From a virus (Duplodnaviria > Caudoviricetes), in IMG/VR virus record IMGVR_UViG_3300024310_000015, positions 1-42,720 of that record: a stretch of DNA of 42,720 nt. One strand, given 5' to 3'. The notes beneath the pieces were generated by a model that was given only the letters and a program-made list of their open reading frames with translations, made no database searches and was not told the origin of the DNA. Made by a program: the position numbers and the translations under genes. Positions 18,793-27,898 of this stretch are shown here, piece by piece; position 1 is the stretch's first letter, and each line of letters starts with the position of its first letter.

Positions 18793-20943
18793 TCAGCCCT
18801 TGGGCTTTCCGGGTGTCTTCGGCGGCTCTTTGAGCGCCTTGGCTTGTTGGGCGTGGTTCAGCGCCGTCTCGGTCGGCTTGGCGTGGAGGTCCATGACCGT
18901 GGAGACGTTGGCGAGGTGCGCGGCTGCGGCGTCGGCTTCCGCCTTCTGGGCCTCGGCCTCGGCCTTGCGCGGGTCGGACACTAGCTGCTGAAGCTCGAAA
19001 TAGGCGATGCCCGCTTCCGCTTCGGCCTTGTCGGCTTCGGCGTTGGCCTTGCGCAGCATCGCCGCGTTCATGCCGGGGTCGGTCAATTCGGGTTGGCCTG
19101 AGCCTTGGGCTTCGGCGTTCAGCTTGTTGGCCTGCGCGTGGAGTAGCTGAACCTTCGCGGCTTGCTCGTTCAGGGTCAGTTCGGCCGCGTGCTGCTGCAT
19201 CTCGGCTTGGGCTTGTTGCGCCGGATCGGGCGGCGGTGGCTCCTCGCCTTCCTTCTGGGTCAGTTGCGGCGGGATGGCCTTCTTGAGCCTGTCGCCAATC
19301 TCCTCGGCCAGCGGCCAATCCTGCGCCTTGGCGATCAGATCCCCGGCAACTTGCGCCGCAGCCGGCACAGCCTGAACGAACTGCATCATGCTCTCGGCGG
19401 ACTCGACGCGGCGGGTGGAATAGCTCGGGCCGGTCTCCACAACGATGTCGTACTTGCCCTTGGCCAGGTCGATGCTGTCGGGGTCGCCCGGGTCGTTGAC
19501 GCGGATGACCTTCTGTTGCTCGTCGGCGCCCAGAACGCGGATGGTGCGGGCGGTGTCATAGACGGCGGGGATCAGTTCGTTGATCACCCGGCCGCACTCG
19601 GCAATCGCGGCCTTCAGGTTGTCGTGGTAGATATAGGAGGCGACATCGCCTTCCTTCTGACGGGCGAGAATGGCCTTGCCGCTGGTCTCGTTGGAACGCG
19701 CGCCCAAGCTCGCATCGTGCAGGCCGGTGACGTCCTTCATGTCCTGCGAGTTGAGCGCGGCTTCCTGCATCAGCGCCGCTTCGATCTGCGGCGGCTCCAT
19801 GCGCTTGGGCTCGACCGAACCCGTCCACGTCAACACCGTATCGCCGGACTTGGCGGCGGCGCGGAAGTCCTCCTGATCGCCGGACTGGCTCTCGTGGATG
19901 ATCCACTGTTGGCGGGGCGACAGCGCCAGCTTTTCAGCCATCACCGAGCGCCAATAGTTCTTCAGCCGAGCCGGGTCGCGGGCCATGCGGACCAGGCCGA
20001 AGCGGACCTTGGGCGCGTCGTCACCGAGGTTCACTTCCCAGCCGGGAACGCGGAACACGGGAATGCGGCCGATCTTGTACTCGACCGGCTTCTCGAGGAT
20101 CTTCACGCCCGAGATCAGGTACATGCAGACCGACTTGCGGCGGGTCTTGCGGACCATCGGCTCGCCACGGCCATTGCGCTGCACCTGGCCCATGATCTGG
20201 GCGCGGTTCTTCGGTGTGACCTCCTCGATTTCCCCGCCTTGCAGCAGGGCGATCTGCGCCTCGCGCTCCTTGATGATCCAGTACTCGGTGACCCGAACGT
20301 TGTCGGTCGTCATCCAGTTGTTGGATTGCAGCGTGTCGGAAAGCTCGCTGGCGACCTCATCGCCGTACTTGGCCTTGAACTCCTTGCGCGACCACATCTC
20401 CTCAACGAAGCAGTAGCGGGCGTCACGGCCCGTCGCGTCGGTGATCAGCGGGTCCCAGACGACCGCAAAGGGGTTCGGGATCGGGCGGATGAAGATGTCA
20501 CGCTCGAACACGTCATCCGACAGGTAGTCGATCACGCAGCGGAAATTGCCGATGCCGCACGCGACCTGATCCTGGCCGGTGTCCACGTAGACCTTGAGCG
20601 CGTTGGACTGATGCTCGATGGCCCTGATCTGGCCCTCGCGCACGTCGGCCAGGTCTTTGTCAGCGTCTTCAGCCGGGCGGGCCTTAATCGACGGGCGGTT
20701 GATCCGCATGTCCCCGGTGATCTGGGCAACGAACTGCGGCAGGGTGTTGATTGTCAGGCAGGGTCGGCCGGCGCGGGCGGTCTTGTCGTCCTCGGCCCAT
20801 TGCTCGCCGGCAAAGAACTTCAGATCCTCGCGGCCTTCCGTGCGGTTCTTGAAGTCGTGGGCCGCAGCCTCTTGGAACCGCTCGCGCGCCTCCTTGATGA
20901 ACTCAGCCTCGTCCTCGTAGCCGTCGGGAAGGTCGTAGGCCAT
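18793..20943 (-). CDS. Portal protein (P22-like)
   Basis: 716 aa; GEQW..RPCLTIN.L, SNETSGKAI.ARQ, GPSYSTRR motifs. Confidence 0.95.
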   Translation of the reverse strand: MAYDLPDGYEDEAEFIKEARERFQEAAAHDFKNRTEGREDLKFFAGEQWAEDDKTARAGRPCLTINTLPQFVAQITGDMRINRPSIKARPAEDADKDLADVREGQIRAIEHQSNALKVYVDTGQDQVACGIGNFRCVIDYLSDDVFERDIFIRPIPNPFAVVWDPLITDATGRDARYCFVEEMWSRKEFKAKYGDEVASELSDTLQSNNWMTTDNVRVTEYWIIKEREAQIALLQGGEIEEVTPKNRAQIMGQVQRNGRGEPMVRKTRRKSVCMYLISGVKILEKPVEYKIGRIPVFRVPGWEVNLGDDAPKVRFGLVRMARDPARLKNYWRSVMAEKLALSPRQQWIIHESQSGDQEDFRAAAKSGDTVLTWTGSVEPKRMEPPQIEAALMQEAALNSQDMKDVTGLHDASLGARSNETSGKAILARQKEGDVASYIYHDNLKAAIAECGRVINELIPAVYDTARTIRVLGADEQQKVIRVNDPGDPDSIDLAKGKYDIVVETGPSYSTRRVESAESMMQFVQAVPAAAQVAGDLIAKAQDWPLAEEIGDRLKKAIPPQLTQKEGEEPPPPDPAQQAQAEMQQHAAELTLNEQAAKVQLLHAQANKLNAEAQGSGQPELTDPGMNAAMLRKANAEADKAEAEAGIAYFELQQLVSDPRKAEAEAQKAEADAAAAHLANVSTVMDLHAKPTETALNHAQQAKALKEPPKTPGKPKG

Positions 20944-21134
20944 CAGTTGGCCTCAGCCACAGCCGCCGCCACTTGCCGCGCGTACGTCTTGGCGTTGTTC
21001 GCGAGCCACATCTCCTCGGTCGTGTTTGGGACGGGCAGGCCAAGCGCGAGGGACCACATGACCCCGGAGTGCGCTTCGATCAGTTGCGCCAGGGCCGCGT
21101 GAACGCGGACGGCATCGGCGTATGTTCGGCTCAT
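20943..21134 (-). CDS. 63-aa hypothetical protein
   Basis: TGATG-coupled on both sides between terL and portal; start ATG 21134. Confidence 0.6.
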   Translation of the reverse strand: MSRTYADAVRVHAALAQLIEAHSGVMWSLALGLPVPNTTEEMWLANNAKTYARQVAAAVAEAN

Positions 21135-22417
21135 CAGCGACCCATCCATCCGCCTGCAGCGACGCGAGGCCGCTCGGTCTTTGCCCGTGGTTCTTCGTAG
21201 GCCGTCATCAGGTAGCGAAGGGCGTCGGCGGCATGGCTCGTCCAATCGTGGAGCGGGCCAAGGCTGACGCGGCGCTTGGGATCGACCTTCTCGCGGTAGT
21301 CGCGGATGGCTCGCAGCCCCACGTCGCACTTGGCGGCGTCGATCCACGTCCGCGGCAACATGCGCCGCACAACCTCGATGCCGTCTTCAGGCCCGATGCG
21401 CGGGGCGATGCGCGTCTTGAACTTCATTTCCTCAAGCATCTCGACGCGGCTCTTGCCGGTGCCGAGTTCGCGGGCCTGCGCGTCGTGCGGCAGGATCAGC
21501 GGGGCGTAGGTGTAGTGATGCCGCTCGCGAAGCGCCTGGCCGTACCAGGAGAGCGCGACGCCGTTGTTCTCGATGTAGTCGATCAGCCGGATTTCTTTGC
21601 CGACGAACTGCGCCAGCCAGATCGCGGTTGAATCCCCGATCCCCAAGTCCCAGGCCGCGTGAACCTCGAGCATCGGGTCGTGAGGCACAACGCCGATACG
21701 CTTGGGCGGGCCAATCTCGGCCTCACTCAACAGCCTGGCGTAGTAGGCGCCCTCGATGGCCGCTTCAAAGCTGGTTTCCATCTCGCGGGCGTACTCATCC
21801 TCGCTCATCTCTTCGCGGAGCGCTTGCAGCTCATCGGGAGCGACGATGCCGGTTTCGCTGGCTCTCAGCCGAAGGTCGAACCAGTCCGGCGATGCAACAG
21901 CGCGCTCGTAGATCTCCCAGAAGGCGTTCTTGCCCTTGGGCGTCCCGATGAAGGTTCCCCAGCCCTTGCGATCAGACAGAGCCGGGCGGATGACTTCGGA
22001 CCACGCTCGCGGGTCTTGGTCGGCGAACTCGTCCAGCACCACGCCGTCGAGGTAGATGCCGCGCATCCGGTCGTAGTTGTCAGCGCCGTAGAGCCTGATG
22101 CGAGCCGAGCCCCCGGCGCTGGGGATCTCAACCCAAAGCTCGCCCTCGTTGGTCTTCACGCCGGGAAACGGAGCCGTGTAGCGCTTCAGATAGGCCCAAG
22201 CCACGTCCTTAGCCTGGGCGTAGTAAGGCGCGATGTAGGCGAACCGGCCATCAGGCAGTGGACAGGTCGCCGCACCCTTGGCCAGGTCGTTGATCGCCGC
22301 GACAGTCTTGCCGGCCCTTCGGTGAGCGACGATGCAAGCCCATCGCTGCGGCCGATTGTGGAACCCCAGGAAGGCTCTTCGGGGTGCGTATGGGATGACT
22401 ACTCGCTTGGTAGCCAT
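21134..22417 (-). CDS. terL: Terminase large subunit
   Basis: Walker A HRRAGKT, Walker B VVLDE, GTP coupling motif, nuclease WDLG..DST. Confidence 0.97.
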   Translation of the reverse strand: MATKRVVIPYAPRRAFLGFHNRPQRWACIVAHRRAGKTVAAINDLAKGAATCPLPDGRFAYIAPYYAQAKDVAWAYLKRYTAPFPGVKTNEGELWVEIPSAGGSARIRLYGADNYDRMRGIYLDGVVLDEFADQDPRAWSEVIRPALSDRKGWGTFIGTPKGKNAFWEIYERAVASPDWFDLRLRASETGIVAPDELQALREEMSEDEYAREMETSFEAAIEGAYYARLLSEAEIGPPKRIGVVPHDPMLEVHAAWDLGIGDSTAIWLAQFVGKEIRLIDYIENNGVALSWYGQALRERHHYTYAPLILPHDAQARELGTGKSRVEMLEEMKFKTRIAPRIGPEDGIEVVRRMLPRTWIDAAKCDVGLRAIRDYREKVDPKRRVSLGPLHDWTSHAADALRYLMTAYEEPRAKTERPRVAAGGWMGR

Positions 22418-22782
22418 TCAACCGTGTGTCGGATCGGGCCTAGGTCTTCGTCACCGCCAAGCGCCAGCTTGTCGCCGTAGCGCTTCGGGGCCAGCTTGGA
22501 CGCCGCCCACTTCAGAGCGTCCATCTTCAGGCGGCCAAGGCTCGCGTCGGTCGCCGCCTCGGCTTCGTCAACGATACGCTCAGCGTAAACGTCCGCCTGT
22601 TCTTCTCTCGCGTGCGCGTATTGGGAACGGAAGTCTTCGTGTTGCGACAACCAGCGACGAACGGTCGGCCTCGACGGCATGTGTTCGTCAGCGCAGATGG
22701 TCCGCAGGCTCTCGCCTTCCGCCAGCCGCTCGCAGATGTCGTTGGCGGTCTCAGGTGTGAAGTCGCTAGGCCGTCCGGTCAT
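22399..22782 (-). CDS. terS: Terminase small subunit (Sf6 gp1-like)
   Basis: GRPS..ICERLAEGESLRTIC...MPS..TV.RWL; KLAPKRYG. Confidence 0.93.
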   Translation of the reverse strand: MTGRPSDFTPETANDICERLAEGESLRTICADEHMPSRPTVRRWLSQHEDFRSQYAHAREEQADVYAERIVDEAEAATDASLGRLKMDALKWAASKLAPKRYGDKLALGGDEDLGPIRHTVEWLPSE

Positions 22783-22791
22783 GTGGCCTCA

Positions 22792-22821
22792 TTGATATCA
22801 ACCGATATCGCGTGATATACT
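22792..22821 (+). promoter_or_regulatory. Sigma70-type promoter overlapped by three phased GATAT(C/A) boxes
   Basis: TTGATA-N18-TATACT with TGn; GATATC 22794, GATATC 22804, GATATA 22814. Confidence 0.7.
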
Positions 22822-22828
22822 TCCCGCC

Positions 22829-23074
22829 ATGAGCAGGATGATTTTCGATCTGACCGACGAAGACAAAGCGCTGCTAGAGGCTTTCCGAGCCCTGCGCGGT
22901 CTTAGGTCGCTTGCCGAGGCGTTGCGGACCCTGATCCGAGAGGGCGTGACCGACCTTAGGCGCGACCCGGCTTTGCAGTTCAGGCTTAGCGAGGGCCTGA
23001 AGGGCATCGAGCGGGCCAAGGAGAGGCTAGTTGTCGAGCGCGCAGCCTATGGATCTCGTCTGAAGAAGCGCTAG
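22829..23074 (+). CDS. Ribbon-helix-helix (CopG/Arc-like) DNA-binding protein, leaderless
   Basis: MSRMIFDLTDEDKALLE...SLAEALRTLIREG beta-alpha-alpha pattern. Confidence 0.75.
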   Translation: MSRMIFDLTDEDKALLEAFRALRGLRSLAEALRTLIREGVTDLRRDPALQFRLSEGLKGIERAKERLVVERAAYGSRLKKR

Positions 23075-23126
23075 GCGGATGGTGTTGGCGCTTCTCGGAG
23101 CGCCACGATGTCAAACGCGTGATGAA

Positions 23127-23327
23127 CTATTCAACTAAACAACGGCTTAGCTTCCCAACCAGGAAGTCTTCAGCGTCATCCAAATTATCAAACAGCCCTT
23201 GATCGACCTTTCCTGCTCGGAAGTGTCGAACTATCCGCCAGCCGTGTAATTCGGGGCGGATTCTGTAGGGTAGTCTCTCAGCGTCGAGGCGAGACTTCTG
23301 CAACAGTCCGTGGACCGTCATCGGCAA
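23127..23327 (-). CDS. Hypothetical protein, lower GC
   Basis: 66-aa ORF filling the gap, convergent with the RHH gene across hairpin TGGCGCT..AGCGCCA. Confidence 0.5.
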   Translation of the reverse strand: MPMTVHGLLQKSRLDAERLPYRIRPELHGWRIVRHFRAGKVDQGLFDNLDDAEDFLVGKLSRCLVE

Positions 23328-23441
23328 GTCTCACTGTAGGGGATCGCGCGCTATCCGCTCTTTTGGCTAAATGCGTCTGGCGCTTGCTTTGAAGGTAGTC
23401 GGTGCGCGCGAAGGGTTAGGCGGGAGCGGGTCCCGCTTGTG

Positions 23442-24014
23442 CTAGATTGGATTCAGCTCTGGCTTCCAGCGCTTGCCGCGAACCAGATTTCCAATGTGGC
23501 TGTCGGAGACGCCGTATATGGCGGCCAGGTCGATAGGGCGGGCGCCCTCTTTCCACGCCCGTACGATGGCGGCCACCGATTCAGAGGTAAGCTTTGCGCG
23601 ACCGTGGCGCTCTCGGCACGGCATCCGCCCATTCCTGATGGCGTCCTGCGCGTTTTCCGAGCGAGTGCCCCATGCGAGGTTGCTGTGCTGGTTTTCGTCC
23701 CGGTTGTCGTTCAGGTGACGACACACCGCGTTTTCTGGCTGAGGGCCGACGAACGCTTGGCACACCATCACGTGGATCGCGCGCTGTCGCTGACCCTTGG
23801 GTGTGGTCAAATAAACGGCCCAGTACCCTCTGGCGCTGAGGTGCGGCTTTAGTAGCGAGCCGCCCATCACGCCGGTAACCGATGTCCCGTCCCGGCGCTT
23901 GTGGCCGCCCTTGTTTACGGTTCGCGGCTTGCTTCTAACGCGCCCGAGGTCGCTCACCTCGTAGGTTTGCTCCAGGCCGACAACGGGCAACCAATTTTCG
24001 GTCATGCGAGCCAT
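23442..24014 (-). CDS. NUMOD4-HNH homing endonuclease
   Basis: W.PVVG....YEVSDLGRVRS, H.MV..AFVG, CRHLNDN..N...NL.WGT.SEN, C-terminal HTH. Confidence 0.93.
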   Translation of the reverse strand: MARMTENWLPVVGLEQTYEVSDLGRVRSKPRTVNKGGHKRRDGTSVTGVMGGSLLKPHLSARGYWAVYLTTPKGQRQRAIHVMVCQAFVGPQPENAVCRHLNDNRDENQHSNLAWGTRSENAQDAIRNGRMPCRERHGRAKLTSESVAAIVRAWKEGARPIDLAAIYGVSDSHIGNLVRGKRWKPELNPI

Positions 24015-24035
24015 CGGATGGGCCGTGAAAACTGG

Positions 24036-24073
24036 AATGGCGAAACCCCCGGAGGGCCGTAGCTGTCCGGGGG
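24036..24073 (-). terminator. Terminator-like hairpin at end of late leader
   Basis: CCCCCGGA/TCCGGGGG 8-bp stem followed by TTTCGCCATT on minus strand. Confidence 0.6.
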
Positions 24074-24198
24074 CTCTATGGCTGCTTGAGCGCGGGCTGC
24101 TGCCAACCGCTTGAGGCTACTTGCGCCTCACCTCAACCCATCGGGTGTGTTGCCAGTGACCGAGCCGGGGCAATCGTCAGGCGCAAAGCGCCCGTTAC

Positions 24199-24250
24199 GA
24201 TCTACATACCACAAGCGTGGCCACACACAATAGGGTATCGGAACTTTTTT
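24199..24250 (-). promoter_or_regulatory. Candidate late promoter
   Basis: TTGTGT-N16-TATGTA with TGn and an upstream A-tract; pR'-like position. Confidence 0.5.
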
Positions 24251-24280
24251 GCGGCACAAGATTTGGTGCGCGCGCGAGGC

Positions 24281-24850
24281 TCACGCCGCCGCTCTCCGCT
24301 CGATAGCCGCATAGGCGTCCCGCAGGTTCACCGTCACGGCCCTGACAGCGGCACCCTGTGCGTGGGCGTGGGTTTCTCCGGTGATGTACCAGACGTGGTC
24401 GCGCCATGTGCCCCGGTCGATTGGCGGGGCGATCAGCTCCGTCAGAAGCCAGAAGTCCCGCGTGGGCAGGCGATCGGCGATCTCATCCACCCGAAGGCCG
24501 GCGAGGATCATGGCGTCCGTTCGGCCCCTGGCGCAGTCTACGCGCTCGATGACTGGCCCTCGGTCCGTCAGGCCGAGGCGGGTGAGCAGATCTCGCTCGA
24601 ACCTGCGCGCCGCGTCGTAGCAACCCTGGGCCATCCCCTCCTTGAGCGCTGAGAAGGCGTCAAGGCGGCGGGCCTGGTCTGTCTCGACCTTTCGCCCGTC
24701 CCGCTTCTCGCCCTGCCTAGTTGTCTCGATGTCCTGCTGTCGGGGTAGGTAAGCCGCGTCTGCGGGGATATTCACGGCGATCAGGTCGTTAGCCAACTTG
24801 GCGAGGCGCTCGGCTTCGGGGTCGCGGCGGGCTTTGGCTTTGCGGGTCAT
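24281..24850 (-). CDS. Putative late-gene activator/antiterminator (DUF6456/Gaf-like)
   Basis: Q-gene position; AARRFERD..RVD..D.MILA..RV..L...L..AY pattern resembles DUF6456; start ATG 24850. Confidence 0.55.
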   Translation of the reverse strand: MTRKAKARRDPEAERLAKLANDLIAVNIPADAAYLPRQQDIETTRQGEKRDGRKVETDQARRLDAFSALKEGMAQGCYDAARRFERDLLTRLGLTDRGPVIERVDCARGRTDAMILAGLRVDEIADRLPTRDFWLLTELIAPPIDRGTWRDHVWYITGETHAHAQGAAVRAVTVNLRDAYAAIERRAAA

Positions 24851-25560
24851 GCGGCGAGGCTTTCGGTCTGCGGTCCCTGATAGCCGGGCTTGCCGGGCTT
24901 CGGTCCCCACTCGGAGTTCCAGTACTGGTTGGCTCGCCAGTTCAGCAGCCGCCGGCGCCACGGATCATCGTCGGGAGGCGGCTCGGGCTCGCTGTCGGCG
25001 AACGTCTCCCAGCGGCCGGAACTGATCACGGTGTGGACGCCCTGGGCGTACTGGCCCTGGTTCTTGGTCGCGTCGGGGCTGGCGTAGTACCCAGCGGTTC
25101 CGGCCTTGACCGTGGCGGGGTCCGCACCTCGGCGGATCGCGGCCTTGAGGGCGGTTTCCAGCGACGGCCGGCCCGAACGCTCGCGGCCTGGCCTCGGGGT
25201 TATTTCCCAGATCTCCGAAACCCAGGCACTCAGCGGCTTGGCTCGCTCAGCTTTTGGCTTTTCGGGCTGGGGCTCCACCAATTCTGTGGGGAAAGTACCC
25301 CCCTTTAGGGGGGGGATAGGGGATATTTTCTTAGAGGGTTCGGGAGACTTTCTTTGCTGTTCCGCACTTTCCGCAGATTCCGCGGAATTCCGCAGAATTT
25401 CCGCAGCCTTCAGGGCCTTGCGCTCACGATCCTTGGCCCGGCGACGGTCAGCCTGAGCGTCAGCCGCGCGCTCGGCGAAGGCCGCAGCCGTCCGGCCGAT
25501 CAGGTCAGGATCAACGCCCTGACGGACCATATCGGCAATCAGCGCCGCAACCCCACTCAT
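24847..25560 (-). CDS. Replication initiator protein (lambda O-like organisation)
   Basis: Follows DnaB; RRRAKDRERK segment, internal iterons; start ATG 25560. Confidence 0.7.
   Translation of the reverse strand: MSGVAALIADMVRQGVDPDLIGRTAAAFAERAADAQADRRRAKDRERKALKAAEILRNSAESAESAEQQRKSPEPSKKISPIPPLKGGTFPTELVEPQPEKPKAERAKPLSAWVSEIWEITPRPGRERSGRPSLETALKAAIRRGADPATVKAGTAGYYASPDATKNQGQYAQGVHTVISSGRWETFADSEPEPPPDDDPWRRRLLNWRANQYWNSEWGPKPGKPGYQGPQTESLAA
25298..25405. repeat. Probable replication origin: five TTCCGC(A/G) iterons, AT-rich patch, C6-TTTA-G6 hairpin
   Basis: Iterons at 25360, 25369, 25378, 25388, 25399. Confidence 0.7.
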
Positions 25561-26945
25561 CGGCGCTCCTCCACCGCATCCTCGATGTGGTCGAACTCGG
25601 CGTAGTAGACCTGGTGATCCGTCCCGACAGCGCCCTGACGGACCTTGGCGGCGATCACGTCCATGCGGCGGTGCATCTCGCCGCACTTCTGCTCCCAGGC
25701 TGCGCGCTTGCTGGCCTCGGTGGGCTCGGCGCGGTCGAGGTAGTAGACCTCGCGATAGGGAAACAGCACCGCGTTGGCGTCCTGTTCGATGGCGCCGGAT
25801 TCTCGTAGGTCGGAAAGCTGCGGGCGCTTGTCGTCCCGGCTCTCAACGCCGCGGTTGATCTGGCTCAGCAGAACGACACAGGTCTGAGCCTCGCGGGCGA
25901 GCTGCTTCAGGCCCTTGGTCATCTCCCCGATGATGGAAGCGTCGTTGCGGCCCTTGCCGTCTGGCCGGTCCATGATCTGGAGATAGTCGATGAACACTGC
26001 CGCGACCGGCGCACGCTGCTTCAGCGCCAGCACCCGGCGACGGACGTAATCGACGGAGAGGATGGGACTGTCGTCAATGATCAGGTTGGTAGGGACCTGG
26101 CGGGCGAGGTCACGCAGGCGGGCGCGCTCGGCAACCTGGAGCGTGTCACCGTTCATGTCCTTGTAGGCGATGCCGTCGCCGTCCTGATGGGACAGTTGCG
26201 AAAGGGTCCGCTCGTCCAACTCCCGGCGAGCCATCTCCAGCGCGAAGAACACCACCTGACCGCTGGTGCGCTGGGCGGCTCCCAGGGCAGCAGCGCGGGC
26301 TAGGGCGGTCTTGCCCATACTCGGACGCCCAGCGACCACAATCAGCCACCCAGGGCGCAATCCACGCATCCGGCGATCAAAGCAGCGCAGGCCGGTCATG
26401 GTGCCCTTGGCCCTGCCCTCGATGGCTTCCTTGTCGATCTCGTCTAGGCTGGCGTGAGCGGATGAGCGGGCGTCGATCAGGTTGACGCTTGCCGGCGCTG
26501 CTTCCTGCACCATGCGGGAGAACTGGCGCTCAGCCTCGGCAATCAGCTTGAAGGCGTCGGCCCCTGCCCTTGCGTTGTTGCGGACCTCATCGGCGATGCC
26601 CACGGCATGGCGCAGGCGCGCGGCGTTGATGATGATGTCGGCGTCGGTGCGGGCGCCCATCGGGGACGCATCGGCCACGGCCTCGGAGAGCGGGCGCAGC
26701 ATAACGCGGTCGCCGCCAATCGCTTCCACCACGCTGACCGGGTTGGCGTTGTCGCCCCGCTCGATCAGATCCAGCGCGGCCTGGTAACACTCCTGAAGCA
26801 TCGCGTCATAGAAGTGGTCGGGGTGAAGGTCAGCCAGCTTGGGGGCGAGGCTGTTTTCGTAAAGCAGGCAACCCAGCACGCTAAGTTCAGCGTCAACATT
26901 GGCGAGCGGCGTCGGGTTGGCGGGGTGGATTTCTGCGACGCTCAT
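25557..26945 (-). CDS. dnaB: Replicative DNA helicase
   Basis: AGRPSMGKT, FALEM, IDYLQIM, LSQINR, DLRESGAIEQDA; start ATG 26945. Confidence 0.97.
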   Translation of the reverse strand: MSVAEIHPANPTPLANVDAELSVLGCLLYENSLAPKLADLHPDHFYDAMLQECYQAALDLIERGDNANPVSVVEAIGGDRVMLRPLSEAVADASPMGARTDADIIINAARLRHAVGIADEVRNNARAGADAFKLIAEAERQFSRMVQEAAPASVNLIDARSSAHASLDEIDKEAIEGRAKGTMTGLRCFDRRMRGLRPGWLIVVAGRPSMGKTALARAAALGAAQRTSGQVVFFALEMARRELDERTLSQLSHQDGDGIAYKDMNGDTLQVAERARLRDLARQVPTNLIIDDSPILSVDYVRRRVLALKQRAPVAAVFIDYLQIMDRPDGKGRNDASIIGEMTKGLKQLAREAQTCVVLLSQINRGVESRDDKRPQLSDLRESGAIEQDANAVLFPYREVYYLDRAEPTEASKRAAWEQKCGEMHRRMDVIAAKVRQGAVGTDHQVYYAEFDHIEDAVEERR

Positions 26946-27130
26946 ACATGCCTCGCAACAACGGCGTCGCCCGTTCGGTAGCAAGCCTCAGCGGCCTTCT
27001 CGGGGTCCTCGATGACCACAAGACCGGCGGCGGTAACGGCCAGGATTTCGCGCAGGAAACTACCATGCGTCTGCACGGGCAGCTTATCGAGCGCGGCGGC
27101 GACAACTTCGGTGGCGTGGGGTAAGCTCAT
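26942..27130 (-). CDS. Hypothetical protein
   Basis: 62 aa, ATGA-coupled. Confidence 0.6.
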   Translation of the reverse strand: MSLPHATEVVAAALDKLPVQTHGSFLREILAVTAAGLVVIEDPEKAAEACYRTGDAVVARHV

Positions 27131-27193
27131 GCCATTATCTCTGGCGTGATTTGAGCCGTCTGGTCAGTGGCGCATTGGACGCCAGTCACAGTT

Positions 27194-27214
27194 TTATCCA
27201 CCGGCTGTGGATAG
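27194..27214. promoter_or_regulatory. Inverted pair of DnaA-box-like 9-mers
   Basis: TTATCCACC and TGTGGATAG, each one mismatch from TTATCCACA. Confidence 0.5.
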
Positions 27215-27218
27215 AGCG

Positions 27219-27719
27219 TCATGCCGCCCGCCCCGCAAGCCACACTCCGCGCTTTTGCAGTTGGGCTGATGACTCGCTCGGGCGCACATGGAAAATGGCC
27301 CGATGGGCTCGGCAATAGGTGTGCTCCCCGCTCGGGGCGCAGCATGACAGGGTGTCTGCACCCTCCCCGCCTACGGGCGCGGCGCACTGGCCATAGGTGC
27401 GCGCGAGCCAGGGCTTGGCGTGCGAGGTGTCAACGGGTGTCGGGCGCGGGAACCGGGCCTCACGGAAGGCGGGCGCCGCTATTCGGACGGTGCGCTCTTT
27501 GGACCTACGGATCTTGGGGCCGTCCGTCTTGATGACCGGCTGCATCGTGGGTTTGCGCTGGAAGACGTGACCGGCCAGGCGCAGGCGGTGAACGCGGCCG
27601 CAGATGGCGGAGCGAGAGCGTCCGAAGGTCTGAGCGATCACCCCGGCGCTTTCGCCGTCGTCCCATCGGCGGGTCAGTTCGGCGATGTCTGCCGGCGTCC
27701 AGATGTCCCCCTCGCTCAT
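27219..27719 (-). CDS. gcrA: GcrA-family cell-cycle transcription regulator
   Basis: WT....L..W.DG.SA..IA..FG.SRSA..GRVHRL; C-terminal C..PVG..C.AP....YC..H; start ATG 27719. Confidence 0.9.
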   Translation of the reverse strand: MSEGDIWTPADIAELTRRWDDGESAGVIAQTFGRSRSAICGRVHRLRLAGHVFQRKPTMQPVIKTDGPKIRRSKERTVRIAAPAFREARFPRPTPVDTSHAKPWLARTYGQCAAPVGGEGADTLSCCAPSGEHTYCRAHRAIFHVRPSESSAQLQKRGVWLAGRAA

Positions 27720-27898
27720 GCCGCCGCCCTCCGTCCAAGTGCGGACCAGCGGGCAAGGTCGGCTTGAGTGTCGGGGTCGTTGCCCTTGTCGATCTGGTGG
27801 GCGCGGTCGTAACCGTAGAACCAGACAAGGCGCTGCCAAGTGAAGTCCCGCCAGCAGACGTTGGACTCGTTGAAGGGGCTGTCGATGTAGCTGCTCAT
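27716..27898 (-). CDS. Hypothetical protein
   Basis: 60 aa, coupled, good SD. Confidence 0.6.
   Translation of the reverse strand: MSSYIDSPFNESNVCWRDFTWQRLVWFYGYDRAHQIDKGNDPDTQADLARWSALGRRAAA

Noticed and set aside
815-22480. Long plus-strand ORFs (e.g. 19162..21102, 16679..17893, 17908..18984, 8917..9831)
   Set aside because: Antisense shadows of GC3-rich real genes; no motifs or SD
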